From contig MU058669.1 of assembly GCA_013265495.1 (NCBI GenBank), positions 1,249,880 to 1,313,879 of the forward strand: a DNA stretch of 64,000 bases, in the 5' to 3' direction. The stretch comes from Vicugna vicugna (taxonomy: Eukaryota). A program made the translations under genes and the position numbers. Shown here one piece after another: positions 1-10,571 of this stretch (the first letter of the stretch is position 1; every line of letters starts with the position of its first letter). The notes under the pieces were generated by a model, which ran no database searches, was not told the origin of the DNA, and was given only the letters and a program-made list of their open reading frames with translations.

Positions 1-1734
1 GGATGAACCCCACTTGGTCATGATGTATAATCTTTTTTATGTGTTGTTGGATTCTATTTGCTAATATTTTGGTGAGGATTTTGGCGTCTATGTTCATCAG
101 TGATACTGGCCTATAATTCTCTTTTTTGTTAGTGTCTTTGCCTAGTTTTGGTATCAGGGTGATGGTGGCTTCATAGAATGAGTTTGGGAGTATTCCCTCC
201 TTTTCGATCTTCTGAAAGAGTTTGAGAAGGACTGGTATGTGTTCTTCTTTGTATGTCTGGTAGAATTCCCCGGTGAAGCCATGTGGTCCTGGATTTTTAT
301 TTGTTGGGAGGTTTTTAATTGCTGTTTTGATTTCATTTCTAGTGATTGGTTTGTTCAGGTGGTCATTTTCTTCTTGATTCAGTCTTGGTGGACTGTATGT
401 TTCTAGAAACTTGTCCATCTCCTCTAGGTTATACAGTTTGGTTCCTTATAGTTTTTCATAATATTCTCATATGATATTCTGTATTTCTATGTTATTTGTT
501 GTAATTTCTCCATTTTCCTTTCTTATTTTGCTAATTTGCGCTCTCTCTTTTTTCTTCTTTGTGAGTTTGGCCAGAGGTTTGTCGATTTTATTTACTTTTT
601 CAAAAAACCAGCTTTTGGTTTGATTGATTTTTTTCTGTTTTTTGTGTTTGTTTTTTTTTTTTTTAGTCTCTGTTTTATTTATATTTTTAGTCTCTGTTTT
701 ATTTATTTCCTCCCTTATCTTTATAATTTCTTTCCTTTCTACTGCCTTTTGGGGTTTTTCTTCTTCTTCTAGTTCTTTTAGTTGGTGGGTTAAATTGTTT
801 ATTTGATATTGTTCTTTTTTGAGGAAGGCCTGTATCTCTATAAACTTCCCTCTTAGAACTGCCTTTGCTGTGTCTCATAAATTTTGTGTGGTTGTGCTTT
901 CATTTTCATTTGTATCAATGTATTTTTTAATTTCAGTTTTGATTTCCTCATTGACCCACTGATATTTTAATAGCATATTGTTTAATCTCCATGCTTTCCT
1001 TTTTTTCTCCTTTGTTTCTCTGTTGTTGATTTCTAGTTTCATGGCATTGTGGTCAGTAAAGATGCTTGAGATAATTTCTATCTTCTTAAAATTGTTGAGG
1101 TTTCTTTTGTGCCCAAGTACATGATCAATCCTAGAAAATGTTCCATGTGCACTTGAAAAGAATGTATATCCTATTTTGGGAGGTGTAATGCTCTGAAAAT
1201 ATCCACCAAATCTAATTTTTCCATTGTATTATTTAGTTTCTCTGTTGCCTTATTTATTTTCTGTCTGGAAGATCTGTCTAGTGATGTTAATGTGGTATTA
1301 AAATCTCCAAGTATGATTGTATTCTGATTAATATCCCCCTTTATCTCTTTTAGTAATTGTTTTATGTATTCATGGGCTCCTATATTGGGTGCATATATGT
1401 TAACGAGTGTAATATCCTCATCTTGTATCACTCCTTTAATCATTATTTAAAAAGTCCTTCTTTATGTTTCTTTAAGGCCTTTGTTTTAAAGTCTATTTTG
1501 TCTGAAATCAGTACTGCAACACCTGCCTTTTTGGCTTTTACATTTGCATCGAATATCCTTTTCCATCCTTTCACTCTGAATCTGTATGTGTCCTTCTCCC
1601 TAAAGTGAGTCTCTTGTATGTAGCATATTGAAGGTTCTTGCTTTATTAGCCAGTGCGCCACTCTGTCTTTTGACTGGAGCATTTAGTCCATTAACATTTA
1701 CAGTAATTAATGATAGATGTGTGTTTATTGCCAT
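1..1734 (-). pseudogene. L1 ORF2 (APE-like endonuclease, linker, start of reverse transcriptase), broken by frameshifts and stops
   Basis: ATG at 1734 gives MAINTHLSLITVNVNGLNAPVKR. ORF-track pieces contain QETH, NIYAPN and LGDFN. ISSIFTDHNAMKLEIN reads at ~1030-1075 and [10 protein letters not shown] (RT region) at ~1-31. The frame changes near 1665 and 1445 and the frame stops at 1171. Confidence 0.93.
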
Positions 1735-2097
1735 TTTGAACTTTTCTTTGCAGTTGATTTGGTATTTCCTCTTTGTTCCTTTTTTCTTCCTTTTGTGGTT
1801 TGGTAATTTTCCTTTGTATTATCATGAATTTTATTTAGTTTTTGTGACTCCCTTGTAAGTTTTTGGCTTGTGATTACCCTTTTCTGTAAGTCTATTGGCC
1901 CATTACTATATCTCGAACCCATCCTACTGAAAACAAAAAATTTTAAAAAGAAAGAAAAAAAATACTCTATATTTTCTTGCTTTCCTCTCCCACTCTTAAT
2001 GATTTTGATGTGTTCTTGTACAATTTCGTGTTTATTTTGTTTGTAACCTTTCCAGTTATGAGTTTCTCATTTCTGTAGCATCCTGCTGCTTTTCTAT

Positions 2098-2996
2098 TTA
2101 GAGTAGAGCTTTCAGTATTTCTTTAGCATGGGTTTAGTGTTGCTGTTTTTGTTTTTGCTTGTCTGTGAAATTCTTTATCTCTCCTTCTACTTTTCTAAAG
2201 GATAGCCTTGCTAGGTGAAGTATCCTAGGCTCCATTTTTTTTTTATTCAGGACTTTGAATATATCTTGCCACTCCCTTCTGGCCTGTAGTGTTTGTGTAG
2301 AGAAATCAGCTGAGAGCCTTATGGGGGTTCCATTGTAACTCACTCTTTGCTTTTCTCTTGCAGGCTTTAGGATCATTTCTTTATCCTTGACTCTGGCCAT
2401 CTTGATTATGATATGTCTTGGTGTAGGTCTGTTTGGGTTCTTCCTGTTTCGGACCCTCTGAGCTTCCTGTACTTGGATATCTGATTCCGTCTTTACATCT
2501 GGGAAGTTTTCAGTCATGATTTCTTCAAAACCTTTTCAATCCCCTTTTATCTTTCTTCCCCTTTTGGGATCCCTATTATGCGAAGATTGGCATGCTTTAT
2601 ATTATCCCATAGGTCCCTTATGTTGCTTTCATTTGTTTTTATTTGTTTATCTTGCAGTTGTTCTGATTGGGTGCTTTCTGTTGTCCTGTCTTCTAGGTCA
2701 CTAATTCGTTCCTTTGCGTTATCTAGTCTGCTTTGCACAGCTTTTAGATCTATTCTCATCTCACCCAATGAGTTTACCAGTTCTACTTGGCTCTTCTTTG
2801 TAGCTTTGATTTCATTTTTGACATATTTTATATCTCTAAACACGATCTCTTTTAGTTCCTTCAGTACTTTGTTCGCTCTTTTTTTGAAATCTTGATCTAG
2901 TAGGCTATCGATGTCTGTTTCATTGATCGTTCTTCCCGGGGATTTCTGTTGTTGTTTTAATTGGGAATGGTTTCTCTGCTGCTTCATCTTGCTCAT
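2098..2996 (-). pseudogene. L1 ORF1 (coiled-coil, RRM, CTD RNA-binding protein), disrupted
   Basis: ORFs 2547..2996 (coiled coil, NLRIIGIP) and 2134..2517 (IQVQEAQRV, RPTPRHIIIKM, PIRLSADFS, ARREW). There is a premature TAA at 2547-2549 followed by a 1-nt frameshift. The C-terminus KEILKALL-stop ends at 2098. Confidence 0.92.
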
Positions 2997-3124
2997 ATCT
3001 CTCTGGCACTGTGGCTTATGGAGTATCAGTTATCTATTGTGGTCCTTAAAGGAGTTTATTTATTTATCTATCTAATGCCTATGTAGGAATAAAACTTTAA
3101 AAAAAATTTAAAAAGGAGAGGGAG

Positions 3125-3835
3125 AGAAAGAGAATTTTAAAAGAAGGGAGAAAAAAGGTTTGAAAACAGTGTGTAATCAATTATAGAAGCACAATTTGAA
3201 TCAGACTTGCATTCAAGTTGAGACATCTTTTTTAAAAACCCTTAAAAAAAGGAAAAAATCAAAAAACAATATTTGAAACCTACTTATAATCAATAACAGA
3301 TCAAAACCAAAAGAAATGAAAATGAAATCAGGTGGGTTTTTTAAAAAAATAATAATAGTATAACTACTTTACCAGAAAAATTTAAAAAGGAATTAAAACT
3401 AGAAGCATATACAATTGTTTAGAAAGTAGAAAAAAGATAATAAATAGAACAGATTAAAAAAGATGATAAAGAGAGAATTTTGAAAAAGGGGATAAAAAAA
3501 GGTTTGAAAACAGTGTATAATGAATAATTGAAGAGCAAGTTGAAGCAGAATAGCAATCGGGTTGAAAACATTCTCTTAAAAATCTTTAAAAATGGAGAAA
3601 AGAGGAAAAAAAGTATTTGAAACCTGTGTATAATCAATAACAGGAGATCAAAACCAAGAGAGATAAAAATGGCATGATGTGGATTTTTTAAAATAATAAT
3701 ATTATTTTAAAAGAAAATTTTTAAAGGGATTAAAAGCTGGGAGGATATATAATTATTTAAAAAGTAAAAATTAAAAAGATAATAGAAAATACAACAGGTA
3801 AGAACAGATTAAAAAATAATAATAATTTAAAAAAG
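3125..3835. repeat. Degenerate A-rich ~344 bp two-copy repeat in the L1 5'UTR
   Basis: GGTTTGAAAACAGTGT occurs at 3157 and 3501; ATTTGAAACCT...TATAATCAATAACAG occurs at 3271 and 3615. Confidence 0.8.
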
Positions 3836-3839
3836 GGGA

Positions 3840-5213
3840 GGGGGTGTTCTCCTGGAGATTGTGTGCTCTTAATGAGAAGTCTTTCTGTCTTCGCCCTGTT
3901 TCGCAAGCTCAGCTTGCTGTTTCCAGAGGCCCTCCGTTGGCGCCCTCATCCGTGCTGCTCCCAGTGCCTACGGGCAAGCAGATGGCGCCCCCTCCCAGCA
4001 CAGCGTTCCTGCCAGCAAGGCGGTGGGCCACCTGCCGTCTCCCGGCTCCGGTTGCTCCGCAGCTCTGTGCTGCTGCATGCTCAGTCCCCCTGTGCGCTGC
4101 TCCGCCTTGGGGCAGGGGCGCCACCCGCAGTCTCCCGGCGCAGGTCGCTCCGCAGCTCCGCGCCGCCGCCCCTGGTTGGCGCTCGCAGGCAGGCCCTGGG
4201 AAGACCGCGGAACAGCCCCACCCTGGCTCCGTGTCCAGACTCAGCTCCTTGTTTGTTCTGGTAGGGCAGACTTTGCGAGGCACTAGGACAGAAGGATCCT
4301 ATCTGACTCGGGCTGCAAACAAGTCACTGTCTGGCCTTTGAAGCTGCGGAGTCCCCAGGCTTGGATTCAGGTTTCGCCCCTGCCCCCACCTGGGTGCCAA
4401 GCGCCGGAGGATATGGCGTCCGTGCCTGAGCCCCGCGTGTCTTCACCAAAAACATTTCGTGGGTTTTCAGAGATGGGGGTGTGCACCCTTCCCCCCCAGG
4501 GCACATCAGCCGTGCTGTTTTATAGAGGGCCCAGGTTGTTCTGCACTGTGTACCCACTCATCCACTTTGCACAGCCCCCTGCAGTCCCCTGGGGCTGCCT
4601 CAGTGCAGCCGCCCCCATCCTCCACCCAGCTCAGTCAGCCTGGCCCGACCTCCAGCTCCCAGCTGGGGTCTTGGGTTGGGTGTCGCAGGGACCCTCTGTG
4701 CCCATTTAACTTAGTCCTGTCGGTCAAGGGCTGCTCCGTACAGATCCGAGCCTCGGAGGCTCCCCCTCCGTCCCCCTGGCCTCTCCGTTGGAGAGGGGAG
4801 ACCCAGCGAGCGAGCGCCAGCCCTCCTTTCCCGCTCCCTCCACGCGGGACCCGTTCCGCTCTGCTTTGCTTTTCTTTCTTTTTTCCTTTCTCCTACCAGA
4901 TTTTTGGCGTCTTTGTGTTTTGAAGAGGACAATGTTCTGTCGGAGTTCCGCAGGTGCTCTGGTAAAGCGCCAGCCCTCCTTTCCTGCTCCCTCCACGCGG
5001 GACCCGTTCCGCTCTGCTTTGCTTTTTGTTCTTTCTTTTTTCCTTTCTCCTACCAGATTTTTGGCGTCTTTGTCTTTTGAAGAGGACAATTTTCTGTCGG
5101 AGTTCCGCAGGTGCTCTGGTTGACTGAGTGAGTCTGTAGATGTGAGTCTTGGTGTATCCGTGGGAGAGGGTGAGCCACGAGCGTCCTACTACTCTGCCAT
5201 CTTTTGTTGTCTC
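3840..5213 (-). promoter_or_regulatory. CpG-island internal Pol II promoter of the L1 5'UTR
   Basis: GC- and CpG-rich segment at the L1 5' end with a YY1 motif at 5196-5203 and a CTCF-like CAAGCAGATGGCGC at 3975-3988. Promoter function is inferred from L1 biology. Confidence 0.75.
4813..5120. repeat. Near-identical ~153 bp tandem duplication in the L1 5'UTR
   Basis: Copy 1 (4813-4963) and copy 2 (4966-5120) both run AGCGCCAGCCCTCC...CAGGTGCTCTGGT, separated by AA. They differ by a few substitutions and a 4-bp indel. Confidence 0.95.
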
Positions 5214-6587
5214 AGAACAAGCACTTTTAATCACTGCTTTGTTTTATACCCAGCAAACGGATTGCCTCTCTTCCCCCCCCCCATTTCTGTGTCTCTCACA
5301 TACACACATTTAATACTTGACTGATTAGGGAGTGTACACATATATTCAAGAATTACAGTGTATAAACCATGAAAGGGATAGTAGTAACCTCAATATTCTT
5401 TCTCATTTAATGGATGGAAAAACTCATGCCAAAAAGTGATGCAACTTGACCGGATACACAGTAATGAACAGGGGAGAAATTAAAACAGTACATTAGAGCT
5501 CTTGATTCCCAAATAAGTCTTCTTTTCAAAGTGATGGTTAACTCAAATCAAGAAATGACAATGTAAATATAACAGACTGTCTGTCTGGAGGCCAGAGTTT
5601 AGATAGGGAGTGAGTTAGTCTATGATATACCTTCGGGTATTTATTGAAGTTGTTTTGATACATGGAAACCCTTAGCTTTTTTTTTTTTTTTTTTTAAGAC
5701 AAGTATTATATATATGTCTGTTTATAGACCCAAGGAGGGGGAAATATTGAGATAATAGAGAATTAAGTGCCATCTGTCCCATAACCGGTCTCTCAGACAA
5801 GGTGCAAACTTCTTTTCAAGGAAGATGGTGAATTAAAGAAGCCAAGAGTTGTTTCAAACTAAGAATGTGTGATATTCTGAGGGCACATAGAGCTGTAGGG
5901 CCCTGGAACAATCTCTGTCTCTGGATTGAGGGGACATTGTTCTCATCACATGTGCAAGAACTCCTCAAAGGCAGGGGGTTTGAGGACCCCTAGGAGAAGG
6001 TCCTCTTCATGTAGATGTTGAGCACCCTCAGACTGGCCACCATCAGTTCCCCATAAGCTCATAAGACAGCTTGGTGAAAAGAATTACACACAGGGGATGT
6101 ATACTGAGCATGGGAACTGTAGGATGAGGAAGAAAGAATACTGAACAGGGGAACTGTAGGATGAGGAAGGGAAAACATGGTGGCTGTGGCTGAGGGTTCA
6201 AGAGGAAAAGTAAGTGAATACCATCAGGGAGTTCCACAAATGCATGGTGCGCTGGAACCTGGAAATGAATTTATCAATCTGAGTATCACCTCATGTATAT
6301 CCATGGGATGGTGAGACCTTGAGCAACAGAAATTCTGTCGTAGGGAGTAAGAATTCCTAGGGTTGGCTGATTAACAGGTAGACCCAAAGGCCTTTAGAAT
6401 GAGCACATTTCCTTTGATCTTTGCATTCTGATAACTAAAAAGAAGCCCACATGTATCCTTATCAGATCTTTTCAAACTGTTTCTTCTTTCTACCCATTTC
6501 TCCTGAAAAATACACTAGAAACTTGAAACAAATGTAAGATTTTATGTCTAGGGGCTGTATAAAAAATCAAGTAGGAATGACTCAAGC

Positions 6588-6742
6588 CAGTACTTTCCAG
6601 GCTCTTTCATGGTGTAACACATAAAATATTAACATATTTATACATACATTGAGGTAATTGGATGAAGTTAATTGCCCTAAGGCAACAGTTCCCAACCCAA
6701 GCCTGAGGGATCAAGACCCAGGCACACCAATTGGAAGCTCTG
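6588..6742. mobile_element. Small hAT-type non-autonomous DNA transposon relic
   Basis: Ends CAG...TTCC and GGAA...CTG, flanked by degenerate 8-bp repeats ACTCAAGC (6580-6587) and ACTTAAGA (6743-6750). Confidence 0.45.
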
Positions 6743-7054
6743 ACTTAAGAAGCAAATGATGAAAGTTGGAACAGCCTGCAGGAAAGTGTGACTATATCAG
6801 AGCTCACTAATGTGAATCATTTAATCTCAACCTATCTGACATTTACTTTTACCCCAGCAGAAGTATTAATGAATCTAGTGGTGATAGACTCGATGAATCA
6901 AGATAGAAGGAGACCCAAGATGGTAAGATCAGTTTGGAGAATTATAGAAATCCAGGTGAAAGGGAATAAAACTAAGGATAGGATGAATCCACAGGAACAC
7001 ATGTGATTGACCATCTCTCCCAGCACCTCGTGTTTAGATGCCTTTTCAAGTAAA

Positions 7055-7416
7055 AAAAAAAAAAAAAATTGTGATGAGAACTCTTAAGGTACACCTGTTA
7101 AGCAGATTTCAAGTATGTAATACACTGTTGTTAACAGTGGTCCCCATGCTGTAATGAGATCCCCAGAATTGATTCCTCTTGAATAACTGAAACTTTGTAT
7201 CCTTTGGCCAACATCACTCCATTTCCTCCTCTCCTAACCCCTTGGTAATCACCATTCTACTCTCTACTTCTCTGAGTTTGATTATTTTGGATTCCATATA
7301 CATAAGTGAAATCATGCAGTATTTGTCTTCCTGTGTCTGGCTTGTTTCGCTTTGCATAATGTTCTCAAGGTCATTCCAAATGGCAGGGCTTCTTTTTTAA
7401 GGCAGTATAATACTTC

Positions 7417-7455
<39 letters not shown>

Positions 7456-7535
7456 TTCTTTATACATTTGTTCATTGACTTTAGGTTGTTTTCACATTTT
7501 GGCTGTTATGAATAATGCTGCAGTGAACATGCAAG
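7055..7535 (-). mobile_element. Old L1 (L1MA/L1MB-type) 3' end fragment
   Basis: Typical antisense 3'UTR text (AACTGAAACTTTGTATCCTTTG, CACCATTCTACTCTCT, GCTGTTATGAATAATGCTGCAGTGAACAT). Confidence 0.8.
7421..7452. repeat. (TG)16 microsatellite
   Basis: Read directly from the sequence. Confidence 0.97.
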
Positions 7536-8534
7536 TTAGACTCTTAGGCTCTTGATGATTACTTGGATGATGACTAGGTGGAGGTGGTATTAAAGACAGA
7601 TTCTCTACTAAAGTAATAATAATAGTAATAAAATCATATTTTTATCACTAACCCTTTAATGTTCTTTTTTGAAAAACTGCAATCTGATTGCTAGAAATGA
7701 GTCTGAGAGTGTCTGAAAATACTACAGTAATATTTTATAATATGTTAAAGTGTTGGTGATTATATGTCTAGGGAAATGAGTGGTCTTTTACACTGTTAGT
7801 GGGAGTGGACGTTGGTGAAGTGAACTGAAAAGCCATTTTGTGGGCCTTTGCCCTAGGAAGAAATGGCACATTTTAATCTCTTTCTTGCCTCTTAATGAAT
7901 GGCAGTTTGTAATTAAAGTGAAAACTTCTTTTATAGTTATATACCTTTCTTTGTTTGCTTTCAATTTAGAGAAATATTTTCTGTTGTCCTCTAAACTTAT
8001 TTAAGAACTTGTAGAAAAATTTCTCTGCTCAAATCCTTACCTGTATTGCCTTAAAACTTTTCAATCTTTTTTTCCTTCTGGACTCAAATCTTTGCATATT
8101 TCAGGAAACAGTGAAGATTAAAATGTTTATGTCTTATGTCTCCTAGCATTTCCGAAGTATCACTCAGGTAAACTTTGGCAGGGGTGGGGGGAAGTCAGCA
8201 GATTGTTTTTGGAAAGGGTTTTGCAATTTTACAGCATCACTTGCCAAGGAAAATGTCTGAGTAAATACCATGTCTCAGGGTAAATATAAACAGAAAATTG
8301 GTTTCTCTCCTTTCAGCCTTGGTCCATATGGCTGTAAGAGTTCCCAGGGGTCTCCAAACTTTGGAGAAGGAGAGAATCAAAACTCGCTGGTGATATTCTT
8401 TCAACACAACAAGCCAAAATGTCCAAGATTATGAGTGATCTGTTAATGTCTAGAATGTAGGGGATGCTGCTTTGGGATCTGTGTTCCCAGTTTCCCAGTA
8501 TCCCTAAGCAGCATAAGGTTGACTTGAGAATTAT

Positions 8535-8975
8535 ATCAGGCAGGAGTATATTCAGCTGCAAGAAAACAGAAAACGCTGCTGAATGGCTATAAGAAATTGG
8601 AGTTGACTTATCCCATGCTACAAGAAGTCAGGAGGTAGGCAATCCAGGGCTGCTGAAGTTCTCCTATGATCCTTTGTCCTCATGTATGTTGCCTCATGGT
8701 TGTAAGTTGGTTACTGTATCTCCAGGCATCATTTCCACTTTGCAGGCAGGAAGAAGGGATTAAAAGTCTATTTTTAGCAGGTCTCTATCTTCATGTGCAG
8801 AAAATAAAGCCCTTTCCAGAAACATTTTCCCAGTCTCATTGTTTACCTCTGTGTAACAGGGCCACTCGTCCAAGCAAGTAAGAGCCAAAAATCAAGGATT
8901 TGGGCTTCCACCTTTTGCAGTATAGAAAGGTAAGAGTGAAGTGGGTTGTGGCTAAACCTGGGATAGCATTTTGTA
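8535..8975. mobile_element. Ancient ERVL-type LTR relic (LTR33-like)
   Basis: Recalled motifs CAAGAAGTCAGGAGGTAGGCAATCCAGGGCTG and GCCTCATGGTTGTAAG...CTCCAGGCATC. Confidence 0.55.
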
Positions 8976-9221
8976 GGAAGTTCAGCTTGAAACCAAAATA
9001 GCACACATTTTTATTCACAGAGCCGTTGAGGCAAATGAATCTAAGCATCACAATTGGTTTCCACGACTGAGTGCTAGATTGGTTTTGCCAACTCTCTCCT
9101 CGGAATTCATCTGCCTCGTGGTCTGCAAAATAATTGAATGGCTAATTTCTGTTGGGATTATTTTATACTAAATGGATACTGATTAATACAGAGTTTATGT
9201 GTTCTCCCTTCATAGTGAACA

Positions 9222-9772
9222 TCTGTCCTGTCTGCTACCAAAATCCACTGCTCCTTCTCCCAGCAACAGAAAATCCAAGTTTCCTCTTTGGGGCCAAACC
9301 ACCAACACCTTTAATCCACGTGGTTGGGTTGGGGTGGACCCTGTCTCTTCAGGGTCCAGGGAGTCACATGCATCAGCCAGTCAGCACAGGACTTTGAAGC
9401 AGATTGATTGGATTGATTGATTTTTAGGGATGAGCATGTGACTTAGATAGCGCCAATGAGAGAGAAGCCTAAGTCTCAGCTGATACTGTTTGGGAAGAGA
9501 GGCTTCCTTTAGCTTAGAGCCCTGAAAGTCTAAACTGGGAAATTGTGCAGGGCACCACATGGAGAGAGTGTTCTTAAGGAGACACCAGCCTGAAGGACAA
9601 CGAACAGAGGTGAGAAAGAAATCTACACCGTAGATCCAGCCATGTCTGATGCCAGTATGTCCCGAAACATTCCAGTTACGTTAACCAGTAGATCCTCTTT
9701 CTTTTGATTTTTGCTCAAACCAATTTGAATTGAGTTTCAGTCTTTGGCTCTGACAAGGCCCTGCATAATACA
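9222..9772 (+). mobile_element. Ancient ERVL LTR relic (LTR16-like)
   Basis: GGGATGAGCATGTGACTTAG...CCAATGAGA and a 3' end resembling GCTCAAACCAATTTGAATTGAGTTT. Confidence 0.55.
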
Positions 9773-9891
9773 CTTTCTAAGGGAAATTTTCTCTTTCAAA
9801 GTAGACTGTCTTTACTCAGAGACACACATTTCTGCTGGCAAATATCTGAGCACAAGGTCATACCACTGTGGGAGATGTATTTCACTTCTTT

Positions 9892-10036
9892 TATTTTTTT
9901 AAGCTTTTTGGTGGGGGAGGGAAGTAATTAGCTTTATTTATTTATTAATTTTGTTGAGATAGAGGTGCTGGGGATTGAATCCAGGATCTTGTGCATGCTG
10001 CGCATGCATTCTACCACTGAGCTATACTCTCCCCCC
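9892..10036 (-). mobile_element. tRNA-derived SINE (vic-1-like, camelid)
   Basis: The minus strand reads GGGGGGAGAGTATAGCTCAGTGGTAGAATGCATGC...CCTGGATTCAATCCCCAGCACCTC followed by an AATAAA-rich tail. A box at 10014-10024, B box at 9971-9981. Degenerate TSD ATTTCACTTCTTT (9879-9891) / ATTTCATTCCTTT (10040-10052). Confidence 0.85.
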
Positions 10037-10360
10037 ATAATTTCATTCCTTTAAATTACATCACACATATGACCAAATGCTTGTCCATGAATATTTACGA
10101 AGGAAATAAGATGTTGTGGTTTACCCGCTGGCAGAAACGGTGTTCAGGGATAAGAGTTCTAGTTCTGACCCTACAAACAACTTGTTCTGGGACCCTGTTC
10201 AGGTAGTTTCAGCTCTCTGCACCTTAGCACTTGCATTTCTAAAATTGGATTGAAAGTACATGCTATGTCAAATTGTCACTTGTGGGTCAAAGAAGATAAT
10301 ATATGTCATGGCCCTGTGTAAAAAGTGTGGCAGCATGTAAGCAAAACACATGATCTAGGA

Positions 10361-10571
10361 CAGGAAACATCAAACTAGGCCACAGGCCAAATTCTGTCTG
10401 CCACCTGTTTTTGAACATAAATTTTATTGGAGTACAGCCATGTTTAACCATGTAAGTGTTGTCTGTGGCTGCTTTTGTGCTAAAATGAGGACTTTCCAAG
10501 AAAGTCTATGGTCTACAAAGCCTAAGTATTTACTTTCCAGACCTTTGCAGTAGAAGTTTGCTGTTTCTCCG
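10361..10571. mobile_element. MER58A-like hAT-Charlie DNA transposon
   Basis: CAAACT...GGCCAAAT...CCACCTGTTTTTG...TTTTATTGGA..ACAGCCATG...AAAGCCTAAGTATTTACT, flanked by TCTAG-centred target sites. Confidence 0.75.

Larger units (their letters stand above)
1..5213 (-). mobile_element. LINE-1 with intact 5' end (5'UTR, ORF1, spacer, 5' part of ORF2); continues beyond the left window edge; inactivated
   Basis: Recognisable ORF1 and ORF2 peptides on the minus strand and a CpG-rich 5'UTR. YY1-type AAGATGGC (plus GCCATCTT 5196-5203) lies about 10 nt from the 5' end. The flank reads TT/AAAAGTGCTTGTTCT on the minus strand, a canonical L1 endonuclease site, giving a candidate TSD at 5214-5228. Confidence 0.95.

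Noticed and set aside
3844..4923. Long plus-strand ORFs (165, 133, 123 and 154 aa) antisense in the L1 5'UTR, as a possible ORF0 analogue
   Set aside because: They are overlapping ORFs in several frames of stop-poor GC-rich DNA, some with non-ATG starts, and show no recognisable domain. ORF0 is described for primate L1 only.
4711..5234. Minus-strand basic ORFs with repeated peptides (MSSSK..KNLVGERKKE)
   Set aside because: The repeated peptides simply reflect the 153-bp DNA duplication.
9955..10036. Possible tRNA-Ala gene
   Set aside because: It has a SINE tail, a TSD, a mutated anticodon loop and B box, and no proper acceptor stem, so it is a SINE.
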